Shown in pieces: positions 50,540 to 64,000 of a DNA stretch of 64,000 nt. Position 1 is the stretch's first letter. Each line of letters starts with the position of its first letter. This DNA is from Paraspadella gotoi (lineage: Eukaryota > Animalia > Chaetognatha): positions 1,228,510 to 1,292,509 of the forward strand of contig CM119263.1 in NCBI GenBank assembly GCA_051294375.1, in the 5' to 3' direction. A model generated the notes under the pieces. It was not told the origin of the DNA. It did no database searches and was given only the letters and a program-made list of their open reading frames with translations. Made by a program: the position numbers and the translations under genes.

Positions 50540-51150
50540 TAAGATTAGATGAGATTAGTGGAGGATGGATTGAGATTTTAGATGAGATTAGGGTAAGAGG
50601 GGTGAGATTAGATGAATTGAAACGAGATTAGATGAGAATGAATTAGATTAGACTGAAATTAGGTGAGAATAAAGAATATTAGATGTGATTAGATGAGATT
50701 TAGGTGAAATGGATTGAGATTAGATAGGTGAGGTGGATTAAGATTAGATGATAATTACCTGAGATTTGAATGAGATTTGATGAGATAAGGGGAGGATTGG
50801 ATAGATTAGATAAGATGAGCATGGAAATTAGATGAGATTAATGAGAGGATGGATGAGATTAGATGAGATTTACATGATGATTAGGTGTGGATAGATTAGA
50901 CTAGATGAGATTACATGAGATAGAGATGAGTTGAATGAGATTAGGGCCGAGGATGGATTAGATTATGATTATTGAGCTGAAGATTAGGTGAGAATGGATT
51001 AGATTAGATGAGATTAGTGAGGATAGATTAGAATAGTTTGAGATTTGTTGAGATTTGGACATAGACATTAATTGGATTGAGATAAGATGAGATTAGAGAT
51101 TAAATTATGGATGATAATGGGAGAGATTTGCTTAAGATTTGGGATGACAT
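50540..51150 (+). repeat. GAGATTAGAT-type 5/10-bp degenerate satellite (duplicate 57860-58470)
   Basis: Direct reading. Confidence 0.9.
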
Positions 51151-51428
51151 TTATGGTGTCAGGATGTTGTGAGATCGAGATTTATGATATTGGATCATAT
51201 CGGCCGAGATTGTCGCGATAAGATTGCATGTTATTGATCCCATAAGAAATTTGGATGACCGAAGAAATGGGAGTTAACGTAATTTCGCTGATCTTCCTTC
51301 TTTTCGAAGCAGAAGTTGTTTTAGTTCCGGTTTAATTCTGCGGGGGAGTTAAACGCTTTCTCGCTCGCCGTTTCTCTCTCTCTCTCTNNNNNNNNNNNNN
51401 NNNNNNNNNNNNGAGAAGAGAGAGAGAG

Positions 51429-51461
<33 letters not shown>

Positions 51462-53022
51462 AGAAGATAAGGGGGCTCCCAAAATGGAAGATTTACCGTT
51501 GCTCGCTCGTATACAATCAAAGAATCGCAGCATCCGTGGCGCGTATCTCCGTGGAAACACTTCAGAGACCCATCCCATTAGCAACCGCGCTACAATGACG
51601 GGTTGTTTATCAAAAAAACGTAGTTTGTCCGGACTAAAATGGTCATAAAGGCAAAAATCGCCTCTAGAGAAAATGTGTACGAAGAGATAAATAATGTTGG
51701 GGGCGAGCTATAAACAGAAAGGAATTGGAAGTAATAGTCAGATGTAACAAACATAAAACGTAAAGGCAAATAGTGTGGTGCGAGTTATAATAGTGAGCGA
51801 TTTAATTAACTTTTTTTACGACGTAAAATGAATAATCATTACGACCTGTTCGATAAAATCTAACGCATAACAAACCGACGCCACTCGCCTAGCGGCGCCT
51901 TTATCAAGCCTCGTTTCGAATTCAAACACGGATCCCTAAGCAAAACAACGAACAATCGTCGTCGACACCAGACAGAATGTAGCTAGGAACGAAAGAGAAA
52001 ACGAGGAAGAGGAAGAGGAAGAAGAAAATGATCAAACAAGAAAAACAATTAAAATGAGCCAAAGAACACAAGAATCAAAGTATAAAACGTCTAGTAGGAT
52101 TTCAGCAAAGATTATACTTTCCGTTCAATTCTCTTACCCAGCACCTCTGACAGAATTTAAAATATTTGATTCATTACTGTAATGATAGTAAAGCGATGCG
52201 TTTGTCTCTCAGTAGCCGGACCAACATCAGAGTCCCTAATGAGAGTTTCGGACGTGGACGTCGTCGAGAGGCCATTGTAGTTATATTGAAGTTTTGAACT
52301 ATTTTAGAAAATAAAACGCAGAAACAATTAGAGATTGGTTATGGGTTAAAAAAGATTAAATGAATATTATGGTTAAAATTAAGGTTTAGGAATAAGGGAA
52401 CAGAACTGGGGCGCGTTGGGGAAAAGAGACCCTTTATAAAAGGTTAACTTCGTGATTGTAAATAATTGTAGGATGAGAGAGGCGACAGACTTTTTGTACC
52501 GTTTGGAGAGAGAGCAAGGCTTAAGCCGCATAAGTCGGTCCGTTGAGAAGTTGGCTAAGATCCTTGGCTGTTCTTCAGCTCATTAATAATGCGTTTTGAA
52601 ACAGGCGCCGCCTGAATCTGGGACAGTCGCTGGAACAGGGCTGGAAAACGGCGCGAATCAGGCGCTTGGAACAGGTTGAAATAGAGAATTTTCGAGTGGA
52701 AATTTCAAAGGTCATTTTAGAGAGAATTTTCGTTCCGGGCCTCGACTAAGCATTATGTCCCGACGGTGACCCTTGTGTGGTAAAAAATTGTTTTTCGTTA
52801 TTTTTTTTTAAAAGTTTTTGCGTTAAATTAAAAAAATGTTTAATATAGATTTTAAATTTGTGTTTTAAGGATAATCTGTTATATAGCAAAATAGAACTAA
52901 AAAATTTACTCATCTGGTCGTCGTCAATCGTCGTCGTTCCATACGGTCGTTTCGTAACAACGAAAGTCCAAGGGAAACCGTAAGTAATGGTGGTTGAAAA
53001 TTCGCTCGCCGCCGCCGCCGCC

Positions 53023-53053
<31 letters not shown>

Positions 53054-54140
53054 GCCGCCCGCTTGCGACGACGACGACGACGACACGACGACGCTAATGC
53101 AGCTTTTTCCTCACCGATTCTCTCCGGGCGCGAGGAAGGGTGGCAGTCGGTGGAGGGAGGAGGGAGAGGGGGGCAGAAGGTTGAGGGGAAATGAGAGGTG
53201 AATAAAATGGACTGTTGCAAGAGTAAAAAAAGCAAAGAAGAAGAAGAAGAAGAAGTAGAAAGAAAGAAGAAGAAGAAGAAGATAAGAAGAACGAAGAAGC
53301 ACGCTGTTTCAATTTATTCGAAACGTAAAAGGAGAAAATCATCCATCTAGAGATTTTTTCGAGAACGCAATGATGGAATTTCACGATTTTTCTGAAAATA
53401 ATTTTTTTTTGTTGCGACCGCGAGTAGAACGCGTCGGTCGATTAGTAATATCTGTCTGTCTATCCTACTTACGTTAAACGCTCATAATTGAGACACTGCA
53501 TCAATTAATTCGATATTTTAAGATAAATTAAACATGAGACCTTTATGTGCTTATCATATCGTATCATATTTTGTTATAGTGACATATTTTACAAAATAGA
53601 TTTTGTATTATATTTGCTTGTTTCAATTAAAACCTTGCCGGATAAGTGACCAACCGTAAAATGTTTGAAGCACTTTATTCATGATATAATTAACTTATGT
53701 CAATGTATCACCTTAGAAATACAGGTGATTAAAAGTCAACCGCGGTGCAATCACAATGGAATTTCCCTTCTTCTTTTTCTTATCTCTGGATCCTCGGCGT
53801 CAATCATCGTAGGCGTCGACTTTTTCGTCGTTATCGTCTTTTATTGTCAGTCATCGTCGTCGTCGTCGTCGTCGTCAATCGTCGTCCATCGTTGTGTTCG
53901 TTCCTCGTTTCTGACTCGTTTGCATAATTTAATTGCACATCGGTAGCGAAAACGGAAAAAATATTCGTTTCCAACGGACAACATTTTTTTCGCAAGGGTT
54001 GTGTTCGCATGGAAAACTTAAATAAATATGTGGGTGTCATCGTTGTGCTTAATTTAGTCAATATCAGTATTTTCAAAGATAATTATTTAGGTCGTAATCT
54101 GATTTTGAGAGAGAGAGAGAGAGAGAGAAGAGAGACGAGA

Positions 54141-54194
<54 letters not shown>

Positions 54195-54244
54195 CAGAGA
54201 GAGAGAGAGGGAGAGAGAGGGGAGAGATAGGGGGAGAGTGAGAG

Positions 54245-54282
<38 letters not shown>

Positions 54283-56136
54283 AGAGAGAGAGAGAGAGAG
54301 AAGAGAGGAAGAGGGAGAAGCAAGAGGAGGGGGGGAGGAAGGAAGGGGGAGAATGAAGTAGAAGAGAGAGTGAGAGAAAAGATAAAGAAGAGAGAAAAGA
54401 AATTCATGAGGAGGGGAAACAAAGAGAGATTAAAGAGAAAGAATAAAAATAGAGAAGATTAAGACGTGAAATATAATATAATATAATTTAATATAATTAA
54501 TTTAGTAATAATATTAATATATTAAGAGTGAAATATAATTAGGAAATGGAATAAAGAATAAAAGGCCAAAGAGGAATTAGGAAAGAAAGAAATGAATTTT
54601 AATTATATCTATGAATATTAAAAAAAAAAAAAAAAAAACACACAATGGGGAAAAGTGGTTCATTTAATTGTGAAAAAAAGCTGAAAAGATTCGATCGTGA
54701 TAATAAGGACAATGATGTCAAGGGTCAGCATAATGTGCAACGAGATTGGCATTGCATTTTCGAAACTCATTCTCGTCTGCAGGATGGCGTCCAATCGGCT
54801 GGGATGAAGATGTCGAAGTTCGAGGTCTTTTGCCAATCGGGCCGATGTGTCCTCTCCATTTGTGGCGCATGCAACATGGAGTGTGGGTGGCCACTGGTTG
54901 GTTGAAAGAGTCATAGGATTTGTTTTAAAATATGGCTTAAAAAGCGATTATTCAACCGTAGATCGTGAGGGGCGGGGAAAGGTTCGACTTGAATCAGGGA
55001 TTTTGAAATGTGAATAACTTTTTAAAAATGTTAAATTTTAGTAATTATAAAAAATATGATTTTTTCAAAGTGCCTTTTTTCTACAATTGAAAATTGGTTC
55101 TATAAAAGGGAATATGAAGCTTCAAGGTAATTTGGGAGATACAAAGCTTAACATTAAGAGAGTCTTGACTGAAAGCCGCTGGGTCCTGCTAGTGTGCTAT
55201 GCTAATCTTGTATGAGGCTGAAGGCCCTAACGTGCCATTTCATTTCATAGGCCTGACAGCCCCAAGGTGTCCATAGGTCAGTAAAAGATATTTCATACAT
55301 TATATATATTATATATTCTGTAATTCGTATTAAATGTTGCAAAATGGAGGGAAGGAGGAAAGGAGGAGAGGAGGATGGTGAGAGAGGAAGAAAAGAGGAA
55401 TGGATAAGCGAGAGGAAGAGGCGAGGAGTGGGAGTGGGAGTGGGAGGAGGCCGTTGCTGCACGTTGAAGCTGGAGACTGAAGGGAAAAGAGTTGGGGGTG
55501 GAGGAAGAAGGAGGAAAATAGTTGGAGGAAGAAAAGAAAAGAGGACGAAGGGGAAGAGGGTAGGGGAAAAGATTGGGGAGGAAAAGAAAAGGAGGAAAGG
55601 AGTGGGGAAGAAAAGAAAATAGACGAAGGGGAGGAGGTGGAGGAAGAAGGGAGGAAATAAAAGAAGAGGATAAGAGTGGAGGAAGAAAAGAAAAGAGGAC
55701 GGAAGGGAGGAGGGTGGAGGAAAGAAGGGGGGAAAGAAAAGAAGAAGGAAAAAAGTGGAGGAGAAAAGAAAAAAGGACGAAGGGGAGGAGGGTAGAGAAA
55801 GATGGGAGGTGAAAGAAAAGAAGAAGGATAAGAGTGGGAGGAAGAAAAGGAAAAGAGGACGAAGGGGGAGGTGGAGGAAAGAAGGAGGAAAGAAAAGAAG
55901 AAGGAAAAGAGTGGAGGAAGAAAAGAAAAGAGGCGAAGGGGAGGAGGGAGAGAAAAGATGGGGAGGAAAGAAAAGAAGACCAGGGGATGGAGGTCAGATC
56001 AAGGAAGAAAAGAAGTGGTTGAATGGAAAATCTGTTCTCTGTCAGAATTCGAAGCAGAAGTTTCGTTTTTAGTTCCGGTTTAATTCTGCGGGGGAGTTAA
56101 ACGCTTTTCTCGCTCTGCCGTTTCTCTCTCTCTTCT

Positions 56137-56173
<37 letters not shown>

Positions 56174-56192
56174 CTCTATCTCTCTTTCTCTC

Positions 56193-56246
<54 letters not shown>

Positions 56247-56839
56247 TCTCTCACCATATCTAAATTTCTCCGACCCAATTCACTATTCATTCCACTATCT
56301 TCACTCACACACAAATCCCGCCTCCGCCTCACCTCAACCTCACCTCACACCTCTCACAAATTCAACGACCCTCTCACAAACTTTCACAATTTTTTTTTCA
56401 CCCGCCTTCGCCACCTGTGACTCGTGTCTCTTCCAACTAAAAATTAAACAACTCGGGCACGATGGCGGCAAGGTGCGCTTTGGTTCTTTAGGTTGCGCGT
56501 TCCAGTCTGATTGAAAACGAGGCAGAAAAATTAATAGGGGAAAAGCTGGAAAGAAATGCAGACTTTTTTTAAATAAGATTTAGGGAAAATTTAGAATCAG
56601 AAAATCAAAATATTTGAATGAGCAAAATTTTAATGGCAAAATTCTAATGGCAAGTCAATAACAAAACGAAATTTAATTCATAATTAAGAAAGTAAATTTG
56701 TTCACCGACTGTCGCCGGTCTTGGCAAAAGGGGGAAACTTTTAAAAACAATAACAACTTTAACGACGACGAAAAACCGACGCCACAACCTGAAATAACAA
56801 GTTTCCCTTCTCTTAACTTTTCACGAAGGACGAGCTTCT

Positions 56840-56872
<33 letters not shown>

Positions 56873-58713
56873 TTCCCTTTTAAAATTGGAGGCGGAAGTT
56901 TTGGGTTCGGGAGGCGACGGAGGCGACGTAACGGCGGCGTGGAGATTTATCGGTGACGGCTTTGATGGCATTTGCGGTTGAACGCTCGTCCGCGAAACGA
57001 GAAAGTGAATTTGGAAAAAGGGAAAACGAATGCCAGATGCGAACGAGGGAAGTTCGGGGATTGGGAGTGAGGAAGGAAAAAAGTTAAAGAAGGCAGGAAA
57101 ATTACAGATAAAGAGGAAATAAGGAAGGTCAGTCAGATATCTCTACAAATTTTTTAAATGGATAACTTTTCAAATACTTGTTTAGAGAACATACTCTCCT
57201 CTTCCCTCAGTCGATCCTGTGTCGCTCTAAGCTTGAGTTCCATTTTAATTTAATTTAATTAATCAACAGGTATAGATACCGATTACTATATATTTGGTTA
57301 GATAGATTTATTCGCTATTTTTACATAGAGGGGTCGTAAAGTCGGCGACAGGTATTAATCGTGAATGACAATTAAGAAACCTATGCAACAGGTAAGAATC
57401 AGTCCGTCCATTAGTCCGTCCCTCCGTCGGTCCGTGCATCAGTCAGTCCATCAGTCCGTACATCAGTCCGTCCGTGCCTCAGTCCGTCCATCAGTCCGTC
57501 CCTCCGTCAGTCCGTTCATCAGTACGTCCATCAGTACGTTCGTCAATAAGTCCGTGCATCTGTCCGTCTCTTCGTCCGTCCGTGAATCAGTCTGTGCCTC
57601 AGTCCGTTCGTTCATCAGTCCGTGCATCAGTCCGTCCGTCCATCTGTCCGTCCTTCTCTTCAAAAGGTCATTTATCAAAAGCTTCCAACTCAAAACGTTA
57701 ACCATTCTCCCCTTTTCTTTTCTCCTCGAGATTTCAGACAAAAAGAGATAAAAACAAAAGATAAAAAAATCCATTTTGCGCCGAATTTCTTTCCGAGGAT
57801 AAAAGGGAAGAAAAATAAAAGGGAATAAAAGGGAAATCAAAGGCGAAGTGGGGGAGGAATAAGATTAGATGAGATTAGGGGAGGATGGATGAGATTAGAT
57901 GAGATTAGGGTAAGAGGGGTGAGATTAGATGATATTGAAACGAGATTAGATGAGAATGAATTAGATTAGATGAAATTAGGTGAGAATAAAAATATTAGAT
58001 GTGATTAGATGAGATTAGGTGAAAATGGATTAGATTAGATTAGGTGAGGATGGATTAGATTAGATGAAATTACCTGAGATTGAGATGAGATTTGATGAGA
58101 TAAGGGGAGGATGGATGAGATTAGATAAGATTGAGATGAAATTAGATGAGATTAAGAGAGGATGGATGAGATTAGATGAGATTTACATGAGATTAGGTGT
58201 GGATAGATTAGACTAGATGAGATTACATGAGATAGAGATGAGATTGAATGAGATTAGGGGAGGATGGATTAGATTAGATGAGATTGAGCTGAGATTAGGT
58301 GAGAATGGATTAGATTAGATGAGATTAGGTGAGGATGGTTAGATTAGATGTGATTAGACGAGATTGGTTGAGATTTGTTGAGATTTGGAATAGACATTAG
58401 ATTGGATGAGATAAGATGAGATTAGAGATTAAATTATGGATGAGAATGGGAGAGATTTGCTAAGATTGGGATGACATTGGTGTCAGATGTTGTGAGATCG
58501 AGATTTATGATATTGGATCATATCGGCCGAGATTGTCCGCGATAAGATTGCATATTATTTGATCCCATAAGAAATTGGAATGACGAAGAAAATGGGGAGT
58601 TAACGTAATTCGCTGATTGGTTGAGAAGATGACGTAGAAGGTGATTGGCTTTTATTTCGCGAGAAAATTAAACCTGATTTTCTCTTGAGAGGAAATTTGT
58701 TGCTTCCGGTAAA

Positions 58714-58735
58714 GATGATGATGATAATGATGATG

Positions 58736-58795
<60 letters not shown>

Positions 58796-58797
58796 AT
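58714..58797 (+). repeat. (GAT)n microsatellite
   Basis: Direct reading. Confidence 0.95.
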
Positions 58798-59140
58798 GGA
58801 ATTCTGATGATTTTAACTTTAATACTTTAATAACTTTAATAGTAATAAAATTTTTTACAGACAAGAAGAAGAAAACGTTTAACTGTTGAAAAGTCAATGA
58901 TTTGGTCTTTGCCAATGATGTGGCAATAGAACAAAAAAGATGGAAAAGAAAATAAAAAAACTAAATCACAAGAAAATGAATTAACCTATGAATTTGTTCA
59001 TTTGTTTCAGTTTTACAATCGCATCCTTTCCTTCTATTTCTAAAGCAAGAAGGAGTTTTCCTTTACGAAATTTCCGCTAAGCAGAAATAGCGTTCACTAT
59101 CAAAGCTTTAAATCCAAGTCTTCAAAACGGAAAGTTTAAA

Positions 59141-59188
<48 letters not shown>

Positions 59189-59949
59189 AATAAAAGGAGA
59201 GAGAGTGATTTATTATTCTTTTTATTGCCGTCCTCGCAGAAATCGTGAATAATTAAGAATATTTTCTCTTCATCGACGCCAAGGATGGGAGAGATTCTGC
59301 AATTTTGATGTCGCCAACAAAAATCTTTGTTGTATTGAATTCGCTCAGGCAGAAGGGCCAATTGCGATGGCTACTTTAAATATGCAATACAGAAACGTAA
59401 ATAAAAAAAAGTTCAGGGCTTTTAATTAGGTTTTAAAAATTAAAAAGGTTTCATTGTACATAAATAATAACTTCATGGCAATAAAAAAATCTTAAAACTT
59501 TTGACCCCGATCTTTGAATTCCCAAAAATCCTTCTTCCTTTTTCGGAAATTCCAAAACATAACAGTCCGGATTCCATCACGAGGATAACAACAACAACAA
59601 CAACAACTCGCAGTGACTTCCTCCCTCCACCTCTCTCCTTTCTCTCCTCTTCTTTCTTTTTCATTCTCTAATTCTTTTAACTCAATCTCACTTCGCTCCA
59701 TTGACCACCTTTCATTTTAGCTCCACTATCTTCGCTACCCCCTTTCCGTCTCGTTCCTTTGCTCCATTAACTTTTTCCCTTCGCCCCTCCTCCTCTCCCC
59801 CACGACGTTCTTCGCCTCCGAATCGCGTAACGAATAACGCCTCTCCTCTGGTTACCTCCCCTTAAACCTAACCGGACGGGAGTCGTGAATCAGTTTTATC
59901 CCTCAAACATACGAAATATGATGCGATTGAAAAAGTCGAACGAATTCGA

Positions 59950-60185
59950 CGGCGGTGGCTGCAGCAGTAGCGGCGGCGGCGGCGGAGGCGGAGGCGGTGG
60001 CAGCGTCGGCAGCGGCGGCGAAGGCGGCAGGGGCAACGTCGGCGCGTCGGTTTTACCGTAGCAGTGGCGGCAGCAGCTGGATGTGGCTGCTGCTGAATGG
60101 TAGAGGCGGAGGCGGCGGCGGCGGCGTCGGCGTCGGAGGAGGCGGCGGAGGCGGCGGCGGCGGCGACAAAAGTGGCGGATGCGGC
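59950..60185. other. GC-rich GGC/GCG low-complexity island, possibly Ala/Pro/Gly-rich coding sequence
   Basis: Several overlapping ORFs on both strands, none with a recognisable domain. A similar island lies at 44640-44880 (duplicate 52920-53150). Confidence 0.3.
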
Positions 60186-60819
60186 ACAAACGCAACTCGA
60201 ATCTCGAACTGGAAACCATTTTTTTTTCATTGTTTTTGGGTCGTTTATAACTGCGTATGTTTTCTGTGTCTGTGTTCTGGAATTCCCGCGCATGCGCTCG
60301 ACCGGAAAACTATTTTCACGAAAAGCAGAACAAGCAGAGGAGGGCAAGAGCAGAATTTCTGTGCTATACGACAAAACCTTTACCCTCTTTTCATTTGACT
60401 AATTAATTTACCATCATGTATTATGATAATATTATGCCATCTTCGGTAGAAGCGCAGAATCCCAAACCAAGTAGCGCTCGTCACAGACAAGCAGGACCAA
60501 GCATTTTCATCTTACAAATTTATTTAACAGACAATTTTTGTCGAGATCCTTGTTGCGCGGTCAGAGTTTCGGTCCGAGTTTGCGGCAGACGTTGCCACGC
60601 CCATCCCCGACGGCGCTAGTGGCGTTGGGCGGCGTCGGCGGCGTCGGCAGCGTCGGCAGCGGGGGAGCACGGCGTGCGTGAATGGCGGCCGATGAAGCTG
60701 GTTTGGAAAATCTCATTACCACCGGGAAAAAAAAGAGCAAAAAGAGCAAAAAGAGCAAAGAGGTTATTTTTTCGGGCGAAATAGTAAATTGGGAGAAGCA
60801 GGAGGAAATGGAAAAAGAG

Positions 60820-61205
60820 AAGTAAGGGAGGGAAATGGAAGAAGAAAAGGAAAGAGGAAAATGGAAATGGAAAATGGAAATTGAAGAGAGTAATGGAAAT
60901 GGAAGAGGAAAATGGAAATGGAAATGAAAGAGGAAATTAGAAATGGAAAAGGGAAATGGAAATGGAAAAGGAAAATGGAAATGGAAAAGGAAAATGGAAA
61001 TGGAAGAGGAAAAATAGAAATGAAAAAGGAAAATGGAAATTGAAGAGAGAAATGGAAATGGAAGAGGGAAATGGAAATGGAAGAGGGAAATGGAAATGGA
61101 AGAGGAAAATGGAAATGAAAAAGGAAAATGAAAATGGAAAAGGAAAATGGAAATGAAAGTTGGAAATGGAAATGGAACAGGGAAATGGAAATGGAAAAGG
61201 GAAAT
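60820..61205 (+). repeat. (GGAAAT)n-like 6-bp satellite
   Basis: Direct reading. Confidence 0.92.
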
Positions 61206-62668
61206 AAATAAATAAAAATAAATTATTAGAAGTAAAGAACAATGAGAAGGATTAAATGAAAAAGTAAATAAGAGATAAAAACTGACGAAATGAAATATGA
61301 AAGAATAAAAATTGAAATTAAAAGAAATGAAATAAAAAAATTGAAGGAAAGAAATAAGACAAATTTTTCGAGTCGAAGAAAATGAAATGAAAATCGGGGT
61401 TTATTTTCAGGGGAAGAGAAAAATATGAAAAAAGAAAAAAAGGAAGGAAATCAAGGCCTTTTTTTCGTCGCCTCCGGGAAAATTAAAAACAGGAAATTGA
61501 AAATGGATTATTTTATGATATCAAACACAGAGAGGGAGAGGAAATGAAAGAGAATGGAATACGATGGGTTCAANNNNNNNNNNNNNNNNNNNNNNNNNNN
61601 NNNNNNNNNNNNNNNNNNNNNNNNNNNNNNNNNNNNNNNNNNNNNNNNNNNNNNNNNNNNNNNNNNNNNNNNNNNNNNNNNNNNNNNNNNNNNNNNNNNN
61701 NNNNNNNNNNNNNNNNNNNNNNNNNNNNNNNNNNNNNNNNNNNNNNNNNNNNNNNNNNNNNNNNNNNNNNNNNNNNNNNNNNNNNNNNNNNNNNNNNNNN
61801 NNNNNNNNNNNNNNNNNNNNNNNNNNNNNNNNNNNNNNNNNNNNNNNNNNNNNNNNNNNNNNNNNNNNNNNNNNNNNNNNNNNNNNNNNNNNNNNNNNNN
61901 NNNNNNNNNNNNNNNNNNNNNNNNNNNNNNNNNNNNNNNNNNNNNNNNNNNNNNNNNNNNNNNNNNNNNNNNNNNNNNNNNNNNNNNNNNNNNNNNNNNN
62001 NNNNNNNNNNNNNNNNNNNNNNNNNNNNNNNNNNNNNNNNNNNNNNNNNNNNNNNNNNNNNNNNNNNNNNNNNNNNNNNNNNNNNNNNNNNNNNNNNNNN
62101 NNNNNNNNNNNNNNNNNNNNNNNNNNNNNNNNNNNNNNNNNNNNNAGAGAAAAATACTTTTTTCTGATAAAACTTGCAATATTTGTTTCCCATTTTTTTC
62201 TTAAGTTATGAATCACCTCTGATTTTTCACTCGTTAATCACAAAAAATGACAGAAAAATTTGATTGAAACGAAACTTTTACGACCGAAGGATTAAAAAAG
62301 AGAATTTATTCGATTTGATTTTTAAAAAATGAGAAAAGAAGAGAAAAAAGCGAATCTTCGATAATAATAATAACAACAAAAATGTCATAAAGTCAAAGTT
62401 AGTGACATTTAGTTCGTCATTTCGCGTCGACGCGATTTCGAGATAATTCGTTTTTTCTCGTTTATTTGACGTCAGTCGCGAGAATTGCATCGTTTTCTGT
62501 TCAAACAACCGATAGAGAGCGAGTTAGTGAGCGAGAGAGGGAGGGAGTGAGAGGGAGAAGGGAGAGAGAGAGAGAGAGAGAGCAAGAGACGAGAGAGAGA
62601 GAGAGAGACAGAAAGGGCGAAAGAGGAAGAGAGGAGAAGTCAGAGAAAGATCAAAGAAAAGAAGTCAC

Positions 62669-62758
<90 letters not shown>

Positions 62759-63035
62759 ACATTCAGTAAACAAATCAAAGTGAAACAAACAGAAAAATCT
62801 CTCTCACTTTTTTCTCGCTATATTCTTTCTTTTTTTAATTCTCTAATTATTTTAATTTTTAAAGTAATAAAAATAAAATTATTATTATTTTCAAATATTT
62901 TTTTATATGGGATATCTCAATAAATCATTTTTTGTTTGGATATTCTTTATGATTTTAAACTTTCTGGGTAATTTATCATTTTTTTACATTTTATATTTGT
63001 TTCTCTACGATGTCTCTTTCTCTTTCTCTCTTTCT

Positions 63036-63126
<91 letters not shown>

Positions 63127-63128
63127 AA
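63036..63128 (+). repeat. (GAAA)n microsatellite
   Basis: Direct reading. Long (GA/CT)n tracts also occur at e.g. 30132-30234, 36243-36328, 39292-39387 and 40884-41007. Confidence 0.97.
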
Positions 63129-63568
63129 CTAACTTACTCAGTCCCAAACTTTATCGTGCCAAAGAAAGAAACCTGCACAAATAAAATAAAAATTTATCCA
63201 CTGAAAAAAAAAATTGGGCATGAAAGAGAAAAAGTCGTTGAATCCAGATTGCATTGGTCTGATGGTCGAACATGGAATTGCGAAGTCAGCAAGGTTACGG
63301 GAACGACTCCGAAATGCACTGTAGGAAATTAAATTGGGACAACCAATAAAGAATTATCCATTCATTTAATAAATAAGCTATATTTCCTCTAGAATATTTG
63401 TGACAAGAACAGGAACAACAACAACGACGACGACGACGATAACGACGACTACAATGACGTCCATTTTTTCCCAAACTCATACATCATGTTTCAACCCTGA
63501 ACCCATTCGCCTCTCCCGACCCTTGGGGTGACATTAGTCGGAATCGAGAGGGAAAAAAGAAAGGGGAG

Positions 63569-63608
<40 letters not shown>

Positions 63609-64000
63609 GGAGGAAAGAAAAAAAAAGAAGAATAAGGGGGAGGAAAAAAATGATATTCTGAAAAAAGTAATTTGATATATTTTAAAAATAAATACAACTA
63701 AGGAAGTAAAATATTCGGATATGGTCGAGGGTGAGATTTAGAGAATAGAATAGAATAGAAAAAAAGCTCTCTCTCTCTTTCTCGCTCTCTCTTTCTCTCT
63801 CTCTCTCGCTCTCTCTCTCTCACTCACCCGTTCTCAGTTTCTTTACCCTCACACTCTCTCTTTATCTTCACTCTCGGGTCATAAAAATATTCACGGTGAC
63901 GTCGAACATAACTGGGTTTCGCCGCCCCAGCCGCCGCCGCAGCCGCTTTCTGCCGGAAAGTGAGATAAGAGAGAAACCCAGTTTCCGGTAACACTTTTCC

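Larger units (their letters stand above)
46991..51295 (+). repeat. Segment duplicated in direct orientation at approx. 54352-58616
   Basis: 48301-48991 appears identical to 55631-56321 (offset 7330, identical ORF translations in the track); the remainder differs by indels. Confidence 0.95.

Noticed and set aside
60097-60402. Small membrane protein ORF (Ala-rich N-terminus, hydrophobic FFFIVFGSFITAYVFCVCV)
   Set aside because: Competing ORFs of similar length on both strands in a GGC-rich island, with no homology or splice evidence to choose among them.

Overview
Eukaryotic, probably invertebrate, draft-assembly sequence dominated by microsatellites, minisatellites and low-complexity tracts. 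It has 12 N-gaps, six of them exactly 25 N long. The only gene I can identify with confidence is axonemal dynein light chain 1 (DNAL1/LC1, LRR protein) on the + strand. A clean 3' part lies in exons 308-426, 1097-1213 and 3594-3689; an indel-ridden second copy (8899-12783) also supplies two upstream exons. About half of the window consists of multi-kb direct or inverted self-duplications whose copies differ mostly by 1-nt indels and usually abut N-gaps. I read these as long-read gap-filling artefacts rather than biology. Almost all ORFs in the supplied track are translations of simple repeats. The best leads are: tandem repeats seeded on DNAL1 splice signals; a 2-kb satellite built from a palindromic unit; a stem-loop-rich block with non-LTR-like 3' tails (20.0-20.6 kb); a 16-bp-period CRE (TGACGTCA) array split by an 87-nt hairpin whose mismatches are all G-U compatible; a nuclear-receptor DR1 cluster; and a foreign-looking 3.9-kb inverted-repeat insert that is more likely a chimeric read than a transposon. 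I found no convincing new multi-gene system, CRISPR array, tRNA or rRNA.
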